From contig JAHLWZ010000004.1 of assembly GCA_020536535.1 (NCBI GenBank), forward strand, positions 372,001 through 436,000: a DNA stretch of 64,000 bases. The letters run 5' to 3'. The stretch's first letter is position 1. Every line of letters begins with the position of its first letter. Positions 50,558 to 63,430 of the stretch are shown one piece after another. Under the pieces are notes generated by a model, which made no database searches, was not told the DNA's origin, and saw only the letters and a program-made list of their open reading frames with translations. The stretch is from Pelomyxa schiedti (lineage: Eukaryota; Protista; Evosea). The translations under genes and the position numbers were made by a program.

Positions 50558-53500
50558 ATGCCATCACGAATAAAGCCGCAACAACCGCGGCTGGTGAAGC
50601 GTATACAACATGTCGCTGGTGGTGCTTTGAGATCTCACCTTGTTGGATTGTCGCACTCATCGGTGGACGCTGTTGTAAAGTCTTACGTGGTGCCTTCGTC
50701 GCCACCGGAAGAGCAGCTGGAAAAAGTGGTTTTGGATCCACCTAAACTCGAATCCCCTGTGAGTGTGATGCCGGCTTTGATTGATGTGGCGAATGCAACT
50801 TTGCCAGGAGCCTCTTTACCGCCTGTTGACATAGGAAGAGATGAGTTTACTTCCGACGACACACACGGAACATGGGCACATAGAGTGGCGAAGGTGACAT
50901 TTTATTCTTTTTTCAAAAAGAAAACATGGGTCACTAACGTGAGAGAACTTTTTAACCTTAACAAGGTCTATGACCCCTCTTCTATGGAAAAGCTACCCTA
51001 TTTCCCAGAGGCATATTTTGTTGCCAGGCGAGACGTTCTTTCCCGGTCTTATGTGCAGAGGTCATCTATTATCGTAATTGAACTTCATATTGGAGGTTTC
51101 TACGTAAGACAAATACATGCTCTTACCTACACTCTTAGTTGATGCCTTGAGTAAGTATTACTTTCGGGTTCTAGTTATTCGTGGTTCCAGAGAGAAAATT
51201 GATACTGGAAATGCCACCAAGGGAATAATGTACGCGAGCACACTTAGTGATGCACAAGCCATCTATGGGTCTCTTGTGCGAGAGAAGGTCGTAATTAATG
51301 ATACAAATACAATCTTAAAGAAAATAGACCTCAAACATGAACAAGTATAAAAAGATCATTTTGTCATTTGCAAATATGGGAACAAGCACAAGTACCCTTT
51401 CTCTCATTGAAGAAATTACCTTACACATGCTGCTAAGTTACACCAGTTTCTGCTTTATCAAAAGACGTTCGAGATCTTCTCCTTCATTTATACAAGGAGT
51501 GTGCTCTACAGCTTTCTAATAAACAAATCAACTTCGATAAAGTTTCTCCTCCTCAAATTGAAAAAGCCCTTGTTGTTCTATACAAAATGCGAGAAGTATG
51601 ATATCACACTGGATGCCAGTCATTTTTTTAAAACAAAAAATAAGGAGCTGAAATCCAATGATGTCATAGAGGCTACAAAAGCGTCTGCCCTTTCTTCCGA
51701 ATTTTTTTCTCTTGTTCCAGTTGGGCAATCTAGGCAAAAAGTTTTTCCACTCCTTCTACTCCACTTTTACACTGTTTCTAGTTGATTAGCACAATGGAAC
51801 AAGTCTTGGAGTGGCTAGATTTATTACAGTCGATGAAAGATCTTACAAATCTTGGAGAGGCCTCCTTTGATATGAGTGGAAATTTAAATGATGTTGACAT
51901 GCTGTCTGCAGCACTAATTTCCCATTTTATATGACTCTAAACAAAATGAAGATACTACTCTTTAGGTTGCGATATTGACCTGGTCAGTCCGTCGTCATCA
52001 GAATATGCAAATATTGTTGAGATTATAGGTCAACGCAGGCAGCGTAACGGAGGAGGGCCTCTTACAATAGGAAAGATCTTCAAAGCACATAGACATATGG
52101 ATTTATCATCATTTACTAATGGAATATCCAATCATCAATTGTTATTCCATGGAACTGCAATAGGTCTCACTTTCACTCTCTTCTCGTCCACTCACTTAAA
52201 GCAAGGGAATTGGCTTGGTATATTGTCAAGAGGCATGCTTCTGCCCCAAGTGGTCGTTAAGCTAGGAGTTAAACGTACCAATGCTGGAAATATGGGGGCT
52301 GGCCTTTACTTCGCCGATGATCCTATGACAGCCTTGAAGTATTCCGCTACTGGTGCCATGGGTGCTATGGGTACTAAGTATGTTTGCATTCTTTCAACCT
52401 TTGTTTAACCCATTCTAAGATACCTATTGCTATCCAATGTAGCTCTTGGAACAGTTAAAGATTTGTATAAATTTGACTCGAGCCTTAGCTCACCACCCCC
52501 TGGATTTGATAGTTGTCACGGCGTAAAAAGAACAGCAACATCACCAAGTGATTTTGATGATGATGAGTAATATCTCCCAAAGCTTGACATCTCAAGAGCT
52601 GACCTTCCAATAGATTTATTATTTACAATACATCGCAACAACACGTGCAATACTTGATTGAAGTTGACAGCCCCGGTGTGACAACAATCTCAAGCACTCC
52701 TCTCTTGTCCCCTCCAAAAAAGCCTAGACCAATTGGGCAACTATCAACATCTATTCCAGAAGCTCTCCCCGACCTTCCTCCAGTAACAATATCCTAGTAC
52801 CTCACATACAACTCATGTCTTTCCATGTTTTCCCAGTCAAATGAAAAGGCTGGTCTTATGTCTAGCTCAGGGACTCCCGTACCTTTGGAGGCCGTAAGCA
52901 TTCACGCAAAACTCATTGGTACCTTGGCAGCAAAATTCTCATTATTTATCTTTCCGGATAGATCTTGTGGCGGAAGTGGTGATGTTACAAGAATTCAACA
53001 ATGTTGGGGATGAACCCATAGAAGCTAAATATGTTTTCCCGCTTGACGAAAAATCTGCTGTTGTTGGCTTCGAGGCATTTATCAATCGTACTTTACAAAG
53101 AAAAGAACCCTACTAACTGTGAATAGACAAACACATTGTTGGTGTTGTTAAGGAGAAGGAACAGGCACATAAGGAGTACAAGGCAGCTATAGAACGAGGT
53201 GATGGTGCCTATCTCCTGGATGAAGCTAAGTCAAGTGTTTTTACTGTATCTGTTGGAAATCTACCTCCAAAAACCAAAGTGGTGATCAAAATTTCATGTA
53301 AGCACCTCATCTCTAAGCCGCACACGTAATTACTTGACATTGTCAGATATTACGGAACTTGCTATTGAAGGAAATGCACGTAAATTTGTTTGTCCAATGA
53401 ATCTTGTTGGTCAACAAAAGCACAGTGCCCTAGCACAAGTTTCTCAATCTACCACAAAAACTGTAAATACAGTACAACCTCAGGTGAAAATAATTCATCT

Positions 53501-56500
53501 ATCTTCTTTTTTTAAGTACATTAGGGTACGTTCTATATGGAGATTTCCATTAATATGCCCCACGTCATTCACGCTATTGAGAGCCCCTCCCACTCCATTC
53601 GTTACAAATCAACACCAAAGAAAGCAACACTGTTCTGGCTTGATCCCAGTTTGCTTTTTTTTTTTTAAATCAAATCGAACTAACATTCATGCAGATCCCC
53701 CCACAACCGATTTCATTCTTCTTGTCCGGCTGTGTGATGTCCGTACTCCGTTCATGTGGGTAGAACGAACACCCACAGATATATCCGTTCCTGAAGTGGA
53801 GGAACATGTAGCTATGGTTGCATTGTACCCTTCTCTTTCCGAAAATCTTCTATCCAACTCAGAGTGTTCGTCTTACCTCCCATCTTTTTGTGCTGATATT
53901 TTAATAAAGACACCCTTCTTATTGATCAATCTGCCAGTATGATTCCTTCTCTCTCAGTGTGCAAACAAGTGGCCCATCACCTTGGTATGAACTACTGTGC
54001 TTCCTACGAAATATATTCATAAAACAAGTCCGAGGAATTCCGCTGATGGCTTCTTTTAATATTATAACATTTGGCTCTGTGTTTGAACCACTGTTCCTTT
54101 CGCCAATTTTAAAAACTACCAGTTCTGCTGATCAAAGTGCTCTCTCACATATTTCTGTACTTCACAAAAAGTACTATTCATAGTGATAACATCATCAGAA
54201 ACTCCAAGGTGACTGGGGAGCCAGTATTCTTTGGCCAGCGCTAAAATCCACACTCTTACAAATCGAAATCAGAGACAAGATGCCAAAATCCAGCACTGAT
54301 TCATTGATTTCCAATCTTTTCATTATTACCGATGGTGATTTTTCTCATGATTCCCAAGTTTTCGATGTGTGTTTAAAAAACCAAACATTAACTTAACACC
54401 AACACTTCAAGCTCATCCGTGATCACTGCCAAAGGCCTGGAAATAAGACACGTATATTTTCTTTTGGGATTGGGACAGAAGTACATAGGCACAACATTTT
54501 CACACTTGCCCGCCTTGGAGGTGGCGCTGCCGAATTTGTTGCCTCCAATAACCCACTTCGACGGCAGGTTCTAAATCTTCATTCAATAGTAAAAACGTGC
54601 TAATCTGTATCCTCAAATAGGTGTCAAGGCAACTGGAGCGGGCACAACAACCTTGCTTAAAAGATATTTCTGTAGAGTGGGGTGCACGTCATAGTGTTGC
54701 AGGTCCTGTGAAGCAAGCGCCACATAAGCTCATGTCCCTATTCAGTGGAGAACGCGTAATCATTTTTGCTTTTATTCCTCAAGATTGCCACCAGGTATGT
54801 GCATCAGTGTCTTGCACAAAACCTGAAGGAATGAAAGGTTACCCTCCAAGCAGGCAGAAGTGATTCAGAAGAGAAATTTCAAATAACTGTGACGTCCAAC
54901 CTTGCTGAAACTGTTACGGGGCTAATGTTGCATAGACTTTGTGCTCGATCTGTGGTGAGGTATAAAACAAGCACCTCAACTATTTTCCTCATTAAATGAA
55001 GAGACTGGGAAGATCAGTGCATCGCAGAGGACAGTGTATCAAGTGAGCTGGCAAGAGTTCAAGTGAGATCTTTTGAAGGCATATCTCTTTCTAAGAAATG
55101 TGTAGAGAAAAGGGGAGATAATAGAATTGGGAATTCGGTACTCTCTTGCCACCACCTTAACCTCCTTTATCGCTGTAGAGGTACTTCCTTTCACGTTTCC
55201 TTTTCTATTTTAAGTTCCAGTAGGAAAGAAGTGAAGAAGAGAAAAAAGGGTATCTTTTACAATACTGCACTAAATTGAAATAAAAGTATCACAGTTTAGT
55301 GAAATTAAAACCCACACCTCCGATAACTGAGCTGGCAAAGAGCGAAAAAGTTGACGAACTTCCGTTTTGTACAAATTGGAAGGAGGCAAAGAAAGAATTG
55401 TTTCAGTTAAACAGCATTCCTTTTAGGTACTCCTCGCTTCATATTAGTCAGTCATCTTCTAATTTACCTGAAAAAGTGAGAGGAAGAACTATGGAAGGGC
55501 GTACCACTCTACTGTGTATGATTTTTGGGCTCGGGCACCAGCAGAGACGCCTTTACCACCCTTAAACACAAATAATCCCTGTAACTGCAAAATTTAACCA
55601 CAAGTAGTATATTAATAGCTTTTCCCTATGATAGATTGGACCCTAACATTCCCTGAGCAAGTTCCTGTGCGGCACGATCTCTTTGGCTTCATGCAGGATC
55701 AAAATGTCTCAGTAGAACTATTGTGTAAAAAGAAAAGCAGAATGCCAGGCATCCTAGCTCGCCGCAAGAGGGAAACGTTCTCCAATGCACTTTTCTGTGA
55801 AGATTCAGAGCTTAGTATAGCGCCCTGTTGTTCTAGTTCATCATCCAGGGGACTTATGTATTCCCCACTATCTCCCCCATGCATGGAGGCGGAGGAGGAT
55901 TCCTTTTGTGCAGAAGAAGAAATGTACGCACCTCCCATGCGACTCGCTTCACCAGCAGCGTCAGCCGCCGCCGCACCACCACCACCACCACCACAAGCAG
56001 CAGCAGCACCATCTAAGGCTCTGCCACCCCCAACTACTACGCCGTCGCCTCCTTCTGCAAAACCCCAAAGCGCCAAGGCAGCAGCACCGCGGGCACAAGA
56101 GGACAAGAGGAAGGCCGATAGAAGAGCACGGTGTGAAGAAGAGGTGGAGAATGTAAAGAAGGTAATGAGGGAAAATATTGAGCACGTGTTGGAACGAGGA
56201 GAGAGGATTGAGTGCCTTCAAGACAAGTCAGCTGATTTGGCATACGCTGGTGCAAGGTTCAAATCACTGTCCTCTCAGAGGTTACCCCAATTTTTGTAGG
56301 CACGTTGTCTAACTGAATAAAGGTATTGCTGTTCGGCCCCTTCGTATGCGCCGATTTCACTGGCCTGCGATTCTTCTTATTCTAGGAAAAAAGCTGGCTG
56401 TTTTATAGCCACTGCTGCATTTGGTACTCCGATGGATACCAGGATAAATGTTTTGCGTTGCTTCAGGTTCGTTGCCCCAAGCAGGAGAACGAACACTCCT

Positions 56501-56789
56501 CACCCTTTGTAGAGACACAACTCTGCACAGCCATTGGCTAGGGCGGTCCTTCACTGCCCTTTATTATACACTTTCCCCGCCAGTTGCCACGTGGCTGACA
56601 AAGCACCCTCTAGCCTGCGCACTCACCAGGACGGCTTTCCTTGTACCAGTAGTCCTGTTACTTGAACACTGTGGATACTCCAAATGTACGGATGTGGATC
56701 ACAACAAAGCCGCCAAGCAGACACTCCTCTGGGCTTTGGCGATTTTGTTGGTGCCCTTCCTTCTCATCCTCTCCGTACTCGTTCTGTGA
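50558..56789 (+). CDS. PARP4-like poly(ADP-ribose) polymerase: PARP catalytic + VIT + vWA + R-SNARE motif + CFI-box-CTERM + C-terminal TM, multi-exon
   Basis: PARP: LLFHGT..N.LGILSRG.LLP, GAGLYFAD...ALKYS, VALG, SCHGV, DDE|FIIY (H-Y-E triad). VIT: PVPLEAVSIHAKL, EAKYVFPLDEKSAVVGFEA, FTVSVGNLPP. vWA: LIDQSASM, FNIITFGS, IFIITDG, IFSFGIG. PARP4-specific TSFIAVE...PPITELAKSEKVDELPF. An in-phase splice path continues to the stop at 56789. Confidence 0.9.
56135..56280 (+). other. Synaptobrevin/VAMP-type R-SNARE coiled-coil motif inside the PARP4-like CDS
   Basis: EEEVENVKKVMRENIEHVLERGERIECLQDKSADLAYAGARFK, with the zero-layer Arg in LERGE. Confidence 0.88.
56396..56660 (+). other. CFI-box-CTERM-type domain split by a 46-nt intron (56467-56512)
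   Basis: Spliced: GCFIATAAFGTPMDTRINVLRCFR|DTTLHSHWLGRSFTALYYTLSPPVATWLTKHPLACALTRTAFLVPVV. Confidence 0.85.
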
Positions 56790-56906
56790 CAGTAATTGTA
56801 TCAAAAGAAAAAAAAAATGCGAATAAGCGAAGGAAATAAGAAAAAACAGGATTTTCTATTAACCTTGCAGTTGCACATAATTAATTAAAACCCCTGCAGA
56901 TCAGAC

Positions 56907-59900
56907 ATGAGCAGCGCCGGGACAACGGGCAGCAGCAAGACACACACAACCACTAAAAAACCACAAGCACTCAAGTCGAAGACACGCAGAAAGAGTGGTG
57001 GGCGTGTGGCGAGCGTAAAACGGAATGCAAAGACCAGAAAGGGCGCATCGAAGAAAATGCTGTCAGGCAAGTCCAAAGCGCGGTCGAAACGAACAGCGTT
57101 GAAGAGCGCCCCGGTTCCTCTCGTGGGGAAAGCTGCACTTCAAAAGCGTTTGGATGAGGTGTGCACCACGGTCTTCTTGCCATTCAATAAGTAAATGTAA
57201 CTGTTCTATTTAAGCTCTTGGAGCCTTTCACCCGCAAAAACCGTAAAAGCCGCTCTGCTGACTGGCCGACAGCTTCCAAGGAAGTTGTAAAACTTCTGGA
57301 TACCTACAAAACTCCTCAAGGTGGCAATGTCAACGAAAAAAACCAAAAATAACCCTACAACAAGCACTTGAAAAAACCGTTGATATGATTATCAAGCAAA
57401 TGGCCACTCAGAGTACAGTCCTTGTTGGTCTCTCTACTTTACTGCAGGAGGTCGAACTCACTCTCTCCTATTTTCCCTCACTTTTGACCTAAGGTTATGA
57501 AAAGATTCCCTCAAATCACACTGACATCTCTGATTACCCGAATGGATTCCCATTTTCCTCTCAAAGCTCCTGCAAAGGTACACAAGCTCCCTTTGGGAGG
57601 AAAAACCCAATTTGGGTTATTTTTTCTGATTTTACTGACTTTCATAAAAGGAAGAAGGCTCTGACACCTGCATACAATATTCAAATGCATTGTCTTCCCT
57701 TCTCACTGCGTCACTTCCTGTTGTGAGTGAACCTGAAAAAGTGACTGTCTGTATGCAGTTGTTACGAAAACTCGTTCCAAGGTGGGTTTCAGGGGAGCCT
57801 TTTGGGCGAATATCAATGAACTTGATCCAGAAGGTAGCCAAAACAGTAATGCGTGTGTGTGACATGTTGCAGATACCAGAAGCAGACCTACGTACAATAA
57901 TTGCGGAACTTGTTCCCTTATTAGTCGTTTCCCAACAATGGTCTATTTATAACCTCCACTTGATGTTAACTCTTGAGCCTTCCTTCAAGGTTATTGTTTA
58001 TGTAATTCAATGTCTTTCGTAATAGGATATATTAGGCTGAAGTGCTCAAGTTAAATCCTAGAATTAAATTTATACAAATCAGTGCCCCAGTTGTACCAAG
58101 GCTTCTTTCTTTCTTAAAGGTTGGAAACAAAATGATGATAAATGCTTAACAAAAAACTTAGACAAAAGTTGGACTTGAAGCAATAGGCAATCCTCACCTG
58201 TGGCAGGCAGTTGTGCGCAGTGCAACTCGGCAAAAAAATTCTCTTGATGTTTTGCACCTTCTCTGGAAAACGTTTGTTGAAGGCATTCTCTAAGAGTTTG
58301 TTCTGGACACTTATGCGAGTCACAGAAAAGCCATTCATCAATGAAAATCGTATCACTCAGGTGCGTCTGACCTTGTCAGCAGCCGTTTTTTGTTGCTGTT
58401 CTCGAGAAATCCTTATCAAATTCCTTGCTGACGGAAAAGTGAAGCTGATCTGTTCCCTTCTTGGGATGCGTGGTTTGCCCCTAAAGTATTCTTGGTCATG
58501 GGTATGCGCTCGAACATACCCCACAATCATCAACACATCAAAAAGTCCCATCAAATGAAAGCATCTCCTGATGCATGTTGCTTATTTCTCCAAAATTTTT
58601 TGGGATTTGCCCTCAAACCAGAGGGGTATGTTGACCATATGGTTGTTAATCTAATTCAGCTATTTCTAGGGGTACTTCCCTCCCGAATGCATTATGTGTG
58701 AAGGAGCTACTTAAACAGACTCCTAATCAATTTGTTAAGGATTATGTTACTAGTTTAATGAGAACTGTTCTCAGTTCCAGGTGAGTGGCGTGAAAAGTAT
58801 TTTCTTTCTCAAATAGTTTACAGAGATAAGAGCCTCACATCCTGGCTCCTTGTTCTTATTGTATCAGGAATAAAAATTCTTGTAAAAAGAGCTTGTATTG
58901 ATGAAGACTCGTTATCGTCATACTTGGTTTCCTTTTTTTCCGTGGCACATATTCAGAAACCACTACGTTGTGTTCTACACTTCTCCCTCATACACTCACA
59001 CTTTTTAGCCTCAATTTTGTCTCGGTTATCTGGCAAAGCTGAGTGGCTATTTTCTCATAGTGTTACCGAAACTGCCGCCTTTGGTAGTACTTTAACGGAT
59101 CTAATAAGCATGCTTGTCAAGTGCAAGCCTCTTACAGAAGGTACAACCCAAATGCAAATGAGAGTGGCTCTCAATCTTCACCGTAGGGCAGGTGATGTGG
59201 AAAGCTGGCATAAACACACTTTACAACTTCATACTGAAATGCAGTTGTATGTCACTCTCCCGGTTGAAGAGGTGGTTACTCACAACTTTTTCTAGTGAAC
59301 AAAGACATTTGGGCTCATGTTCACCTAAAGGAGCGAAGCAAAACCCAATTATGTGAATTGCTTTCTTCTCTCACTGGTCTGTGGACTGAGGTGGATTATT
59401 CCATTGCACTTTGGATGGTTCTAAGAAATTAACAGGCGGAAAATACCACAAATGGTGTCGTTCCAGCGCACTTAGGCTCACTTTTTCTTTTGTGCAAGTC
59501 TCTAATAGTTTATACCTTCAGTAATAGTGCCGCACTAGAACCTCTTCAGGTTGAGATTACCTCTTTACACACCTGAACCAAAAGATCCTCGACAGTCAAC
59601 TCTAATAACTCATTTTCAGAAACTAATAGATTCACTAAGCCGCCTACAACCGTTGTTATGTAAAGCAGCACTTCCCAAACTTCACACTTATAGTCCTGGT
59701 ATGTAAGTAAGTTACCTCAGACCATTGTACCCAAATATTCCTAGAAGAAAACGAGAGCTTTTCTTCTTTAACAACGGCTTTCTTACATATACTGAAACTG
59801 AAAAAACCGTGGATCTTGACTCCATCTTTTAAAAGTTTTGAGTAATTGCCCCCCTTTTCTTGAAGCTTTCTGATCAGTACATCCAGATCAATTTCTCCCT

Positions 59901-61871
59901 TTATCCCCACATCTAGCGCGGTGTCCCTTATAAATTTTGTTACTGGCGTTGGTGGGTATATTGTTACATAGCTCCTTGTTTACTCTACCAATAGAAACTG
60001 AGGATGCCGACCGATTAAGAAGTGATAGTGATAGTGATGACGATACAGATTTTGGAAGTGACCTGGAAGGGGAGAGTGGCAGCGAGGAAGCAGATAATGA
60101 GGAAATGAGCTTCAACGATTATCGAGCTGTTTGTTTCCCCCCTCTTATGTTTCTCTAATCGACCACAGGCTGCAGATGTAGAATTTGATGATGACACAAT
60201 GTTGGGGCTTGATAAATATTACTCTTCTGTTGTTAAAGGGGGTAAGCCAGAAGGCGAAGAGGACCAACTTGCAGTGGATGAGGGTACACCTCCCAACACT
60301 CGTTTTGTACTCACTTTTTTATTACCTTAGAATGGGAAAGACGCAGAGCCACAAAATACTTAGATTTTCTTCTTCCAGCTAACATGACAAACCCAATGCT
60401 CCTCCAATTGGCGTCCGATTTGGGTGACATGGCCCTACAAAGTCAGAAGATGGAAAAAAGTTCCTTGAAGATACTCCATAATATCTCCAATTTACTCCTT
60501 GGATTCACGCAGTACGCTATTTAAATGACCACAGTCGTCATTAACTGTAGTAAAAGGTTCCCTGTTCTTGAGGACAAAGAAATGGTGACGGCTGTCAAAG
60601 AGGCAGTTGTGGGATTAACGAAGGCATGTTTACGGGTAGCAAGAGACAACCTCTCCACTCCTGTCCTGGTCACATTTCAGTTTGCCAGCTACATTTCACG
60701 TGTGGTGATGCATTCGGTAAAAAAAGGGGGAGCTGCTGAACCGTTGCTGTCACCTGAAGAAGTGACTGATCTGGAGGAAAAGCTGGCTCAGCCTATTTTT
60801 TCCTATCTATCAAGAGAGCCCAGCAGCTTTGCCCTTTTAAAGACAGTAATCCTCGCGTCGGACATGGGGAGAACCCTCCTAGAACTTTGCTCACGTGAAC
60901 TTTTTGCTGACAAAGAAGCTGACACTCCAAGGTTTTTTTCCTTTAGTTAGTTCCACTACCTCAACCACATATTCAGCACTCACTTTAAAACACTGGATCT
61001 CTTATGCAAATTACTGGCCACACAAACAGTTTGTATCCAACCTCATTTAATCGCCTTTTGATTTGAATTTTAGTGTACCAATGCACTTAGTTTGGTGTCT
61101 GAAGCAGGTATAATTTCTCTTTGAATGCCGACCAATAAGCTGTTTGCAGCCGCCTATGTGCTTGCTTACTGTAAACGTCTTAAACGCAATGATGTGACAC
61201 CTGTTGTGGCTACTCAAATATTTCACTTACTGAAGTGCTTTCACGCACTTCTTTCAACTTCGTTGGAAACACACTCAAGGGAAAAGGTTCAATATCCTTT
61301 ACCAGTTTACCACGGCATTGCATTTTTTGTGTTGCATACCATAAAAACACTCTTCTAATTTCTATGTTAGGTCGTTGAACTCCTCCCAGAAAACTTGTTA
61401 TCTGAACTACAAACTGTCAGTAAGAAAATTGCCAAACAAAAAATTGTTCAGATGTGCCGGGTTCTGACCGAGCTCATAACTGGGTACTTACCCTTACAGG
61501 TGACATTAACTTGACTATCTCCTAGAGAAAAACAGCAGAAGACTGAGAAAGTGCGTAGTAAGAAGCCAAAAGACGGGGGTAGTGGAAAGGAAGCTCCCAA
61601 CAAAAAGAAACAAGCTCCCACCAAAACTACCAACTCTGCAGAACCTACAACAACAACTACAACAACAACAACAACAACAACAACTACGAGTACCACAGCC
61701 GGATCCAAACGACCACCCCCATCACCAACAGCAAACACCACAAAGTCGTCCCCCAAAAAGGCCGACCTGACAGTTAAATCAGCCAAAAAAGCCACCAAGC
61801 CATCACCACCAAAGCCCAAACGGACAAAGACCACAACTCAAGCAAACAACAAAGTAAATAAGAAAGTTTAA
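56907..61871 (+). CDS. Large helical nucleolar protein, MYBBP1A/Pol5-like, multi-exon
   Basis: Basic N- and C-terminal tails. ALEKTVDMIIKQ...GLSTLLQE..FPQITLTSLI resembles the Pol5/MYBBP1A N-terminus. An acidic tract followed by DDDTMLGLDKY and RATKYLDFLLPANMTNPMLLQL parallels DEAMMALDQS...RVLDLVEVLVTKQPENALVLEL. Exons are not fully resolved. Confidence 0.55.
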
Positions 61872-61998
61872 CTAGATTCCAACCAAAAAAAAGAAACCAA
61901 GTCTTTTGGGGGAAAAAATCTGTTTTTACACTTTCTCCAGTACAGTGGGGAAAAAGAAAAAAAAGAGAACAAGGTATGCAGGATTGGATGGGAAGGGA

Positions 61999-62835
61999 TT
62001 ACAACAAGGCACATTTGCCCTTCTTCCTGCCACCACCGCCTCCTGTTGCATTCCTGGCATTGTGTACTATGTCAATTGCACTCTCAAACAACTCATTTAC
62101 ACCCTGCCTCAGTCTCGCACAGGCCTCGGCGTAATTCACAGCACCACAGCTCCTTCCCAACTCCGCACCTTGTTCTGTTGATATTGTTTCTACTTTTCCT
62201 GACAACTGGTCGGCAACGGGGTTTTCACGTAAGTCAGTCTTGAGACCAACAAGTATAACCGGGATGTCTAGGTGCCAGGGTAAGGGGGAAAAAAAAGAGT
62301 ATTACGGCTTGGATGTACCAGGGCAGTAATGGCGGACTTCGGGAAACCATCTATCCTAGCATAATGTGATTCTCCAGAATGTGATGGAAAGGGGATTACC
62401 TTGACATTGTCATACGATCTTTTGCTAACAACACTAAAGCATATGAGAGCAATCTGGGTGTCGGGATATCTACCATTGAGAGTATCAAAAAAGAAGCGCT
62501 ATTAGATTTGATTTGTTGATGGAGTGGGTGACTAACGATAAAGGACGGAGTCGATCAAAGTCTTCCTGCCCTGCAGTATCCCACAATTCAAGACATATTG
62601 GGGCCGACTGAAGTCCAGTTAAAAATACATTCCTATCACAGAGGGGATACGCACGTTTGGTTTATTCACCACTTTCACGTAGTTCTCAAAGACCTTGATC
62701 TCGGTTACTGGCTACGTAGTGAGAAAAAGCAACTACACACAGTGGGGCAATACTTCTCAGGGAACTCATCACGAGCATAGACGATCAACAAGCAAGTCTG
62801 GGAGAAAAAAAAAGGGTGGTGTGAGGAAAAATGAC

Positions 62836-62914
<79 letters not shown>

Positions 62915-63009
62915 AAAAATGAAGGGAGTGAGAGCGTAGATCTTAGTTGGACCTTGCCGACAGCACCATCACCGACAACGACCAGTTTGATCCTCTCCTC
63001 TGTAGCCAT
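61999..63009 (-). CDS. Rho-family GTPase
   Basis: KLVVVGDGAVGKTCLL, YCPT|VFENY, LWDTAGQEDFDRLRPLSYP, WFPEVRHYCP, GLKTDLR, CaaX CALL*. Confidence 0.95.
62838..62912. repeat. 75-nt poly(A) tract (poly-T in intron 1 of the Rho gene)
   Basis: Directly visible. Confidence 0.95.
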
Positions 63010-63430
63010 TTTTTTTTTCTTGAAACCCTCTAAATTTTTTATCCCTTTTCCTTTGAAAAGCGAAAAGTTTTCTGGTTCGAACTGAGGGTTGATCTCAAGA
63101 GAAAAAAAATTCCCTTGTTGCCTGGTCTACAGCCTCCAATTGGTGAGAAACACAATTAGTCTCAATTTTTGCAGTGTGATTGTTTGTAGTTCTCCATTAG
63201 GTACGCCAAAGTGTGTAGGTACGTGCCTGTTGTCTGGGGTGTTTTTACAAGGGATACTGATACTGAAACTGAGTTTCAATTTGGGGCTGAAAAATCAGGA
63301 AAACCCTTGGTGGAAACACAAAGAGTGATACCCTATATCTTGTGTAATGTGTTCTAAGCTTCCGGTTAATCAATGAATATCCACTCACAAAATTGTTACA
63401 GGAAATGCAATGTGAGCAACACTAGAACCA

